The notes beneath the pieces were generated by a model that did not search any database, was not told where the DNA came from, and saw nothing but the letters and a program-made list of their open reading frames with translations. Positions 1-11,300 of a stretch of 64,000 nt of DNA are shown here, one piece after another. The DNA is from Macrostomum lignano (lineage: Eukaryota). The number at the start of each line of letters is the position of its first letter. Position 1 is the first letter of the stretch. The translations under genes were made by a program, and so were the position numbers. The stretch is taken from assembly GCA_002269645.1 (NCBI GenBank), contig NIVC01000753.1, positions 186,001 to 250,000 of the forward strand, read 5' to 3'.

Positions 1-14
1 CTCTGTCGCTTCTC

Positions 15-235
15 TGCCCCCTCCGATTTTATTGCCCCCATCGTTCGCGTCCTGACTGGGTAGGGGAAGGGGGTTTAAGCAGCCATGTACATTATCTGTG
101 ACATTGGCCAATGTACATTGTGTCTGCACCGATAACAAAATAGGTTAGTCACGTGATTCTCTATCCTCAGCAGAAAAATAGCTGCCGGCCAATTTATTTA
201 CTCGCTACTAACAGCAGTGTGTGAGAGCAGCCATC
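15..235 (+). repeat. Dispersed ~200-bp repeat, copy 1 of 4
   Basis: Shared motif order TTTTATTGCC...GC(A/T)GCCATGTACATT...ATGTACATT...TCACGTGA; also at 3295-3460(+), 4640-4800(-), 31420-31655(+). Confidence 0.6.
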
Positions 236-425
236 CAGTTATTTAATATCCGTGCCGTTAACCTAAAATAGTTTGAATTATTAATGAATTAAAAATCTTT
301 ACACGGCAGTCACGTCAGATCGAATCGGTGAATTCAAGTCTACTATGAGCTACTACAGGCAGTTGACTTTTTCAGTGAGACGAGCTATAATTAAAAAATT
401 GAAAATTCTCATGCTAGCTAGCCTC

Positions 426-511
426 TCAATGATGAGCGACAGGCTTCATCAGAATCTGAGGCACATGCTGAGGCTGCTGGTGCTGAGGCTGCTGCATCTG
501 CTGCTGATGGA

Positions 512-560
<49 letters not shown>

Positions 561-2127
561 TTGTTGCGTAGGCGGCGGCACCAGACCCGGATGCGTGCGC
601 ATGTGCCTGCGCAGATGGGAAGAATCTGAGAAAGCCTTCTGACAGGCCGGACAGATGAAATTCTTAGCCGAAGGCGGTTTCGGTGCGCTGGGCGCTCCGC
701 CGGGCGTGTGGCTGTGAATAATGTGCCGCTTGAGGTGGTCGGTGCGGCTATAGGCCTTGTCGCACATAGGGCAGCGGTGGTCGCGGACTCCGCTGTGGAT
801 TTTCATGTGCGTAGTGAGGCTGTAGGACCGGCTGAACGCTTTGTGACAGGTGAGGCACTCGTACGGCTTGGCGTTGCTATGGGTGACGGAGTGCCTGCGC
901 AGCCTATAGCTGGAGTTGAAAGTCTTCTGGCAGACCTCGCATTCGAAGGTGGCGCCGGAAGCGGCGGCCTGATGGTTAAACATGTGCCGCTTCAGCTTGG
1001 CGTTGTCGGCGAAACCTTTGCCGCAGGTTGGACAGAGCACCTGCGGCTGCGGCGGCTGCTGCTGCTGCTGCTGCTGGGATTGCGGCTGGTGCTGACTGGG
1101 ATGATGCTGCACCTGCTGATGGTGCGGCTGCGGTTGAGACTGCTGCTGCTGCTGCTGCTGCTGGTGCTGCTGTGGCTGCTGCTGCGGCGGCTGCTGCTGA
1201 TGCGGCAGGTGATGCTGCGGATGCGAATGATGAGGCTCCAGCTTTGTTGACGAAGGCTTTACCTCAGGTGTTGGCCAGGCCTGCGCAATAACAGTGGGTA
1301 AGTGCTGGATTGACGAGGGGTGTGCAAATAGAGCGCAGTAACTGCATCGCCACCCCTAACTGCATTAAACTTACCTATAAATGCGTCAAAAATACCCACA
1401 GATGCGTCAAATCCACCCGTAAATGCATCGAAACGACTAACAGATTGCTTTGAGGCTATCAAAGTCGCTTCAAAACCGTTTTTAACAGCGCACAACTACC
1501 CAAAAACAAGCAAAAATCCAAAAACGCATACACCCAGCTTACGTGCTGCAGATGATGCGGATTGACAGCACCGCCGCTGCTAGCAACATGCGATTTGGCG
1601 GTTGGCTCCATCTTAGGCAGCTGGGGCGGCTGATGATGCGAAGGCGGCGGGTGCGGCATGCCTGGCAGCAGCTGAGCGGTGGTAGGCACAATAATGGAGT
1701 GCGCAGGGAGGCCCAGCGGCCCGGCAGCGGCAGCAGCAGCAGCGGCCGCGGCGGCGCCTGGATGGTGATTATGATGATGATGCGGATAGTGCGGCACCTT
1801 AACGCCGCCCTGCGGTAGAGCGGCGTGATGCGCCGCGGCGAATAGGTCCTGGGCTCGACCCTGGTGCGCGGCTAACAACTGGTGGCCGGAGCCCAGAGCG
1901 GCGGCTGCGGCGGCTTGACTGGACTTGGGGTCCAGATGCGGGTAGCTAGAGCCGGCGCCGCCGTGCCCGCCAGGCATCTGGTGGCAGGCCGCCGCCGCCG
2001 CCGCTGCAGCCGCCGCGCTGTCCTTGCGCAGATAGTCGGCGTGCGTACCGGCGATGATGGTGTGCGGCAGTAGCGACACGCCGTCAGCAGTGATGAACTG
2101 CATAGTGAACGGCTGCTGGAAGGACAT
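426..2127 (-). CDS. C2H2 zinc-finger protein (5 fingers, poly-A/H/Q low-complexity regions), 2 coding exons, ~479 aa
   Basis: Exons 2127-1543 (ATG MSFQQPF..., donor CAC|GTAAGC, phase 0) and 1280-426 (acceptor TTATTGCGCAG|, in frame with ORF 426-1112). Five CxxC-x12-H-x3/4-H motifs, e.g. CPTCGKGFADNAKLKRHMFNH and CLTCHKAFSRSYSLTTHMKIH. An upstream exon cannot be excluded. Confidence 0.88.
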
Positions 2128-2184
2128 GATGCCTGCGGGCAGTGCGGATGCGGGAGATGCTTGCAGAATAATGATTAAAATATC

Positions 2185-2810
2185 AAAGGAACTAGCCGCT
2201 GATTGGGATAGCAAATTAATTGAAAAGATCAAAGGGACTAGCCGCCGATTGGGGTAGCAGATTCATTGAAAAGATCAAAGGGACTAGCCGGGTAGCAGAT
2301 TCAATGATGAGATTAGAGGAACTGGCCGCCGACTGGGGTAGATTTATTGAAAAGATCAAAAAGACTAGCCGCCAATTGGGATAGCAGATTAAATGAAAAG
2401 ATCAAAGGGACTAGCCGCCGATTGGGTAGCAGATCCACTAAAAATATCAAAAAGACTGGTCGCCGATTGGGGTAGCGGGTTCAATAAGATCAAAGGAACT
2501 AGTTACCGATTGGGGTAGCGGATTCAATAAGATCAAAGGAACTAGTTACCGATTGGGGTAGCGGATTCAATAAGATCAAAGGAACTAGTTACCGATTGGG
2601 GTAGCGGATTCAATAAGATCAAAGGAACTAGCCGCCGAATGGGGCAGCGGATTCAATAAGATCAAAGGAACTTGCCGCCGATTTGGGTAGCGGGTTCGGT
2701 AATATCAAAGGAACCAGCCGAAAACTAGAACAGCAGATTCAATGAAAGGATCAAAACGATTAGAATTGGGGTAGGAGATCCACTAAAAAAATCAAAGGGA
2801 CTAGCCTTCG
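2185..2810. repeat. Minisatellite, ~43-46-bp unit
   Basis: GATCAAAGGAACTAG..CCGATTGGGGTAGCGGATTCAATAA repeated ~14 times directly upstream of the ZnF coding exon. Confidence 0.9.
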
Positions 2811-3294
2811 AAAACCCGAAAATCATTGGTCAATACACTTATGTAAAAAGTAAGTCTAGCGAAAAATAAACAACGCCAAAAGTTCAGGCACTAAACGCAG
2901 CAGATGATCGAGGTGCGTTAGTTAATGATTTTTATTTAATTTCCAAACAAGCACTGCCGGGCTAATCAACAGCAGAGCGGCTCGTCTCAAAAAAAGTTCA
3001 AATTCAATAATTATTGATGAAAATTTGTGATAGCAATTATTAATTTACTTTCAAAAGTGAAAAGTAGCAATAAAATTAACAAGTGAATTTAAGAAAAACT
3101 GCAAATCAAAAATCCCGATGGCAAACAGGCTGGGTTAGAGTGCAGATACCATAATAACTAGATAGGTCATCCAGCACAACCTACAATGCTACTTTCAACT
3201 CAGTAGTATCTCTCCTCACTCAACTCTCCCTATTTATTTGCCCATCGTTTGCGCCATTTCACGCAAACCTTGCGGCTTGCGCCTGTTGCTTCTC

Positions 3295-3905
3295 GGCCCC
3301 CTATTTAATTTTATTAACCCAGTCGATCGCGTCTTGGCTGGGGTAGCAGCAGAGGTTAGGCTGCCATGTACATTACTATCCACCCGCCTTAATGTACATT
3401 TCTTCCTGCACAGAAAAACGTATCACGTGACTCTCTCCTAGTCACGTAGGGTCACCTAGTCACGTAGTCACGTAGGGAGGGTAGCGGAGGTCAATTGAAG
3501 GTCAGACAGACAAGAGGGCGGATAGCAGAGGTCAATTGAAGGCCAGACAGACAAAAGGGCTGGTAGCAGAGGTCAATTGAAGGTCAGACAGACAAGAGGG
3601 CTGGTAGCAGAGGTCAATTGAAGGTCAGACAGACAAGAGGGCGGATAGCAGAGGTCAATTGAAGGTCAGACAGACAAGAGGGCGGATAGCAGAGGTCAAT
3701 TGAAGGTCAGAAAGACAAGAGGGCGGGTAGCAGAGGTCAATTGAAGGTCAGAAAGACAAGAGGGCGGGTAGCAGAGGTCAATTGATACAATCAAAACAAG
3801 AGGGCGGGTAGCAGAGGTCAATTGATACAATCTATAATACAATCTGCTATCTTCTGTTAACACTAAGTATTAGCTGCCGTCAATTTCTGCACTAGCTACT
3901 GATTA
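3295..3905 (+). repeat. Dispersed ~200-bp repeat, copy 2, interrupted by a 41-bp minisatellite
   Basis: Motifs at 3295-3460; the TAGCTGCCG.CAATTT...GCTACT tail resumes at ~3870. Confidence 0.5.
3472..3838. repeat. Minisatellite, 41-bp unit (array A)
   Basis: GGGTAGCAGAGGTCAATTGAAGGTCAGACAGACAAGAGGGC, ~9 copies. Confidence 0.95.
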
Positions 3906-4639
3906 GAAAACTGTCAGCTAGATAGCGACCCATCTAGTTATTACAGAGCCTGCAGGCTGCAGGTTAGAGGGACAGATGGAGAGTGAGAGCGCAGACTGAA
4001 ATTACGCAAGACACAATAAGAACAGATACTGGGATACGCAGTAAAAAGCAAAATAGCAGATAACGAAATAATCATTGCTTATTTATAAGCTAGATAGAAA
4101 ACGCAAGCAAACTTTGCTCAAGATTTTATATAAATATGTATACATAAATAATCTCGCTAATTGCATACCGGATAGTATTAACTTTAATCGAATTAGTTAA
4201 TGAATAAAGATATTAATTTAAGCGCCGCGCTGCTGTGTGACAGAATTGTTGCTATAGAAAGGGAGGGGACAAGCACAGCATATGATTCGTACGGGTCCAA
4301 CATGGCACACATATATATATCATCAGACTACAAAGCTACACGTAAGACAAACAACACACAACGGATTTTCAATGCCCGATCTGTGAGATCGAGGCTAAAA
4401 AACGCTACTAATGAGAATATAGAGAAAAAACACAGTAGGAAACAACAATATTGATACTTTTGATCGACTGTTTCTTTAAAACAATATATATTACTAACCG
4501 AATAACAACAGATAAACAAATTCATATTTAAACACATATACTAGAATAACTACATGGGCCACTCACTCAATGCAATATATTAGTTAGTAAAACAGCTTTC
4601 TACTTCCGTTCAATAGCTAGGATGAATATGAGCCAAAGC

Positions 4640-4800
4640 CTACTTGCTAATTGGTTCAGCCATAATGTACATTCGCCACTGACATGTACATGGCAGCTTT
4701 AGGCTGAAATTGGGGTAGGCAATAAAATTGGGCGGCGGGGCGGGGGCAGGTTTTGTAGAAAGACACAGTTTGAGGGTTAAGCTAGGGCTGCGGGGTAGAG
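4640..4800 (-). repeat. Dispersed ~200-bp repeat, copy 3 (inverted)
   Basis: Reverse complement reads TTTTATTGCC...GCTGCCATGTACATG...AATGTACATT. Confidence 0.55.
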
Positions 4801-5369
4801 CCAATAAATGAGCCTAACCTCTATCCTTGCTGCACTCTCATTGGCTGAGCTAGATTTGGCCTGCCTCTATAGGATGAGTTTTAGCTTACACGAAAATAAG
4901 CCTAGTGGCCCATCTAGTCATTCTAGCATCTGTGTATTTAAACAAGTCCCCAGCAGTTCTGCAATAATCAATGCTAATCAACATATCTGTTACTGAGCAG
5001 GTGGAATGTGATTTTTCAAACAGTGTGTCACAGAGTTTTTTATACTGAACGATGAACGAGTTAGCGCGCTATTACCGAAGGCGAAGGGCGTTTAACTTTT
5101 TTGCATAGAAATTTCAAGAAATAAAGAAAAAAAAACAGGAAACCGCACAAACTATCCTACTGATGCGCGTGTTATTCCCGATTAAGTAGCAAAAGCCGCA
5201 CATTTCAAATACAAATAATAGTTAAAAGTGCAAATAATTGGTTCGGGGATGATAGAATTGGTGCTACTGCATCACAAATGTTGTTGTTTTCAAATAAATG
5301 AATTCAAATTCAAAGTTAGTATTTCAATAATATAGTTTCGCATTAATCGTGCAGCACACACTACTACTA

Positions 5370-8300
5370 CTACTGCCGCTGCCAGTAGGCTGGCGGAAAA
5401 TTGGCAACGTCCTTGGTCTCGGTGACCGGCTTCCCGTTGATTGAATAGCTGATGCGCAGGCGTAGCTTCAGTTGGGCCTGCGTTATGCGAATTCATAATT
5501 GTATAGGCGATGATAAACTACTAACTCACTGTCTGATTGCAGTAAATAGCATAGTGGCGAGCTTATTGACACTGTAAGCTTTACCACAATAAAAAATTAA
5601 TTGGTTCGGGTCAATTAAAGGTCAGGCAGGCTGGCAGGAGGGTAGCGGAGGTATATTGAAGGTCAGACAGACAAGAGGGCGGATAGCAGAGGTCAATTGA
5701 AGGTCAGACAGACAAGAGGGCTGGTAACAGAGGTAAGTTGAAGGTCAGACAGACAAGAGGGCGGGTAGCAGAGGTCAATTGAAGGTCAGAAAGACAAGAG
5801 GGCTGGTTACAGAGGTCAATTGATGGTCAGAAAGACAAGAGGGCGGGTAGCAGAGGTCAATTGAAGGTCAGACAGACAAGAGGGCGGGTAGCAGAGGTCA
5901 ATTGAAGGTCAGAAAGACAAGAGGGCGGGTAGCAGAGGTCAATTGAAGGTCAGACAGACAAGAGGGCGGGTAGCAGAGGTCAATTGAAGGTCAGACAGAC
6001 AAGAGGGCTGGTAGCAGAGGTCAATTGAAGGTCAGACAGACAAGAGGGCGGGTAGCAGAGGTCAATTGAAGGTCAGACAGACAAGAGGGCGGGTAGCAGA
6101 GGTCAATTGAAGGTCAGAAAGACAAGAGGGCGGGTAGCAGAGGTCAATTGAAGGTCAGACAGACAAGAGGGCGGGTAGCAGAGGTCAACTGAAGATCAGC
6201 AGAGGTCAATCAGATAGACAAAGGAAGGGTAGGAGGGTAGCAGAGACCAATCGAAGGTCAGACAGGCCTGCAGGATTGTAGCAACTCACCCCGTTGGAGT
6301 TGGTGATCTGAGCCACCTGAGTGACAGCTTCAGCCTGATTAGGCGGCACAGAATCAGACGAGGCTGGAGCAATGGACAGCTGAAGCGATTTAGGCACGGC
6401 CACCTGCAGCAGATAGGCAGTAAGCGGGACCTGGCCGCTATTAACAGTTCGGAAGGTGAGGCTAGACGTGGTGGAGCCGGGTGTCCGAGAGCCCTGCACA
6501 GTGATACGCAGGCCGCCCGGCTGCTCGTAGGCTGTTACAGACGGCAGCGAATTGTCCTGCTGCTGCGGCGGCGGCTGCTGCGGCGACTGCGGATGCTGAG
6601 CTGCCGGCACAGTAGCGCTACCGTTGCTAAGCGCGTTGCTAGGGCTAGGCGCAACTGGCTCATTATCCAGATTAATAAGCGAATCAAACAGATTGCTAAC
6701 TGGCTGAGGAGCCGGTTGGTGATTCGGATTGCTGTCAGATATGACATCGATCAGATTTAGCTGATGCTGAGCCTCAGGCTGAGGCTGGTTAATCTGCTGT
6801 TGCGGCTGCTGCATGTCATCGGGCAGATCCCGGCCGCTCTCTGCCCGGCCCTCCATCACCGGCATTCGTTCTAGCAGAGCCGGTCGAAGGCTCTCGTGAT
6901 GCTGAAAGATGGCGCAGAATTCGGCCGAGCGCTGCTGCAATTCCAGCTCGCAGCTGGCCGCGTACCGGCTGGTGAGGCTGCGCACGCGGGCCACGGCGTC
7001 CGGACAGTTGGACAGTCTGGCCGACAGCTTCATCAGGCCGGTGAGGGCGAACTGTTTGGTTACTGGGCGGCTGCCGGCTGATATTAGGGCGCGTTCGAGC
7101 AGCTGGACAACTTCCATTGGCTGGCGGGCCTGCGGGGCGCGGATTGGAGAGGGAGGGAGATGATCGGATTGATATTTATAAATCAGCTTGAGAAATAGAA
7201 CATGAGGTAAACGGAATTGGTAGACAGATTCGAGAGAGGTGGATTGGTGGGGGGGAGGTAGATGCCGGCCGTATATAAAGACTGGGGAAAGAAGTAAGAT
7301 GCAGTGGACAGTTTAAGGAGAGAGGTAGATATGATAGACAGTTTGGGTAGAGAAAAAGGTAGGGTAGACAGACTAGGGAAGAGATAGGTAGACGCATTGG
7401 AAAGAGGTGGAGCTATGGAGGCTAGTCTAGCCACAGCACATACCTGGAAGCTCTCCACCTCGTCGGCGCAGCAGTCGGCCATGAGCAGGTCGCCGTATTC
7501 GCCGATGCACCAGCAAGCCACCTGCACTAGCGGCTGCTGAGTGGCATCATCGGAGCAGGCCTCAGCCAGGCGGTGCACAGCGTAGGCCTGATAGGAGGGC
7601 TGCTCGCTGATGAGCTGCACAAGTGAGACAACAACATCATCCCTGGCGTGATTACCGGCTGTAGACAGCAGCTTGAGCAGCGTGTCCACGTGCCAGCGCT
7701 TGTTCGGCGCGAATCGTTCGGCCGCGATGGCCAAGTTTGAGCAGCAATCGGCTTTGAATTCAACATCGCAGTCGGCTACAAACTGCAGCATCTCTTTGGC
7801 CATGCCGCGCACGTTCTGGGCGTTGATGAGCACGAAGCAGAGCTCCATAGCGCGCCGGCGAATGCTGACGTCGTGATCGCGCAGACAGTCGACTATGGTG
7901 GTGCGGTGACGCTGCACAGCGTTGTAGTCGGCGTGTACAACTCGTTGAAGCGTGCTCAGGGCCACGTAGCGAATGTTTTTGTCGTTGTTAAGCAGGAAAC
8001 GGCCGAGTATGTTCACGGCCAGCACCTGCACAGCGGCGTTGGTGAATTGGAGTCCTATTATTGATTATGAATTCTGGGCTGCTGACCCTTGCTTCAGTTC
8101 AGTCAGAGCAAGCTCAGATCACTCAGAGCAAGCTCAGATCACTCAGAGCAAGCTCAGATCACTCAGAGCAAGCTCAGATCACTCAGAGCAAGCTCAGATC
8201 ACTCAGAGCAAGCTCAGATCACTCAGAGCAAGCTCAGATCACTCAGAGCAAGCTCAGATCACTCAGAGCAAGCTCAGATCACTCAGAGCAAGCTCAGATC

Positions 8301-11300
8301 ACTCAGAGCAAGCTCAGATCACTCAGAGCAAGCTCAGATCACTCAGAGCAAGCTCAGATCACTCAGAGCAAGCTCAGATCACTCAGAGCAAGCTCAGATC
8401 ACCCAGAGAGCAACCCGATGTCACTCAGAGAGCAACCCGATGTCACCCAGAGAGCAACCCGAGGTCACTCAGAGAGCAACCCGAGGTCACTCAGAAAGCA
8501 ACCCGAGGTCACTCAGTGCATTGTCCCACTCACATTCCATTCGACAGACGTACCAACCCAACGGAACTGACACAATCATGGTCCTCAAATAACGACTAAC
8601 GTCATACTTCATTTAAAAAAACAATTAAAAAAACAAACTATTTTACTAACTCTAACTTGGGAACAATGTGAAAAAGCAAATTTCTATAACGATAACGTTA
8701 TTTGGCTGATATTATGAGCATTATTAGGGCAATCGTTACCCTCAGGGCGGGCTCAGCAGCCCTGCCCAGTCCCGCTATGGTCAGGGTTAACTCGTGCAGC
8801 ACAGCCCGGCCCGAGTGATAGCGGCAATCGGTGTGCGTGGCCGCCTTTTTTGGGAATTATATTTGGTTGATCTTTCGATATATCTGCACCAGAGACGTAA
8901 TAAAATAAGCTACCTTGCATAGGGACCCTTTTAAGCAATATATGGAAGGCAATATATTAGTACATTCATAGGCTAGTTTTCCGTTAAAGAATCACAGCCC
9001 TTACATACAAGGTGGCGTCTTAGTAATTGCTAGCGCATCATCATAATTATACTACTGTCTGCCTACCTGTCTATATGCCTGTCTGTCTGCCTGTCTGTCT
9101 TAGTGTCTGTCTTTCCTTAGTGTCTGTCTGTCTGTCTATCTGTCTGTTTGTCTGTCTACCTGTCTATATGCCTGCCTGCCTGTCTGTCTGTCTGTCTACC
9201 TGTCTACATGCCTGCCTGCCTGTCTGTCTGTCTACCTGTCTACATACCCGTCTGTCTGTCTACCTGTCTACATGCCTGCCTGCCTGTCTGTCTGTCTGTC
9301 TACCTGTCTACATGCCTGCCTGCCTGTCTGTCTGTCTACCTGTCTACATACCCGTCTGTCTGTCTACCTGTCTACATGCCTGCCTGCCTGTCTGTCTGTC
9401 TACCTGTCTACATACCCGTCTGTCTGTCTACATGTCTACATGCCTGCCTGCCTGTCTGTCTTTCTGTTTGTCTGTCTGTCTACCTGTCTACATGCCTGCC
9501 TGTCTGTCTGCCTGTCTGTCTGTCTGTCTACCTGTCTGTAGCCTCTGTAAGGGTGGCTATCCAAGTAATTTGGAAATCTCAACCCAATTCAGAAGCGGTG
9601 GCCAAAAATGTAGTTACCGACGACTCGAAACAGAGCGAGTGTAACGAAAAAACAAGCAGACAGATGGACAGCCACTAATGGATGATGTCATACCAAACTT
9701 GCGCCGCCTGGCTCACAAATGAAGCGAGGTTGAACATTCATTGACCTACATGCCTGTCTGTCTATACGTCTGTGTCTGTCTTTTCATCCATCTGCGCTTT
9801 CATGTTTTGTCCCGTCCGTCTGCCAGTCTGTCTCTTCTCTAGAAGTTTCCTCTGCATTTTCCCCAGCCAACCACAACAAAAGAAGCAATTAGTGTTAATA
9901 TTAGAGGCAACTATCAGATAAATTAAACAAGACATGTTAGGCAAAAATGTAAAAAAATCTATGAATACACTGTATCGAACTATGGCATGCTAGCTAATAT
10001 ATACATTATAAAGTTTACCCTCAGTCCAGACTCCGACTCAATGCCCATGATGGTCAGAACAATTTCGTATAAAATTGCGTGCCCAACGTTTTTCGATGTC
10101 TCAGTATTGGTGGCCACCTGAAAGCAGCAATAGGGCGACGGCAACGGGTGCTATATATTGAAAACCGCGGAAACATTGAATTAACAAGAAAAAAAACTGT
10201 AAGAGAACTTTGAACTCAAACGCAAACTAAGTTATAAAAGTACATTTACTAGTACTCTAACGATAAAGCTGGTCTCACCTGCGCTAGAATATCGTTCATC
10301 TGTTCGCTGGCAGACTGATCGTTGTGGCCCAGAATGCGGAGCAGCTGCAGAATCTTTACCTGCATACAGGTTTGGAGTAGTCTAGAATTAATTAAAACTA
10401 ATGTACTATCTAAAGGTGTTTTCATATTGCCCCTATCCCACACCTGACCTGCATTCACTCCCATCCCACCCCTCACTCACCTGCATTCACTCCCATCTCA
10501 CCCCTCACTCACCTGCATTCACGCCAATCCCACCCTCACTCACCTGCATTCACTCCCATCCCACCCCTCACTCACCTGCATTCACTCCCATCCCACCCCT
10601 CACTCACCTGCATTCACTCCCATCTCACCTCTCACTCACCTGCATTCACTCCCATGCCACCCCTCACTCACCTGCATTCATTCCCATCCCACCCTCACTC
10701 ACCTGCATTCACGTCCATCCCACCCCTCACTCACCTGCATTCACGTCCATCCCACCCCTCACTCACCTGCATTCACTCCCATCCCACCCCTCACTCACCT
10801 GCATTCACGCCCATCCCACCCCTCACCTGCATTCACTCCCATCCCACCCCTCACTCACCTGCATTCACGCCCATCCCACCCCTCACCTGCATTCACTCCC
10901 ATCCCACCCCTCACTCACCTGCATTCACGCCCATCCCACCCCTCACTCACCTGCATTAACTCCCATCTCACCCCTCACTCACCTGCATTCACGCCCATCT
11001 CACCCCTCACTCACCTGCATTCACTCCCATGCCACCCCTCACTCACCTGCATTCACTCCCATGCCACCCCTCACTCACCTGCATTCACTCCCATCTCACC
11101 CCTCACTCGCCTGCATTCACTCCCATGCCACCCCTCACTCACCTGCATTCACTCCCATCCCACCCCTCACTCACCTGCATTCACTCCCATCTCACCTCTC
11201 ACTCACCTGCATTCACTCCCATGCCACCCCTCACTCACCTGCATTCACGCCCATCCCACCCCTCACCTGCATTCACTCCCATCCCACCCCTCACTCACCT

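Noticed and set aside
345-2257. Plus-strand ORFs rich in L/A/R opposite the zinc-finger gene
   Set aside because: Antisense shadows of CAG/GCC-rich coding sequence; no domain motifs.
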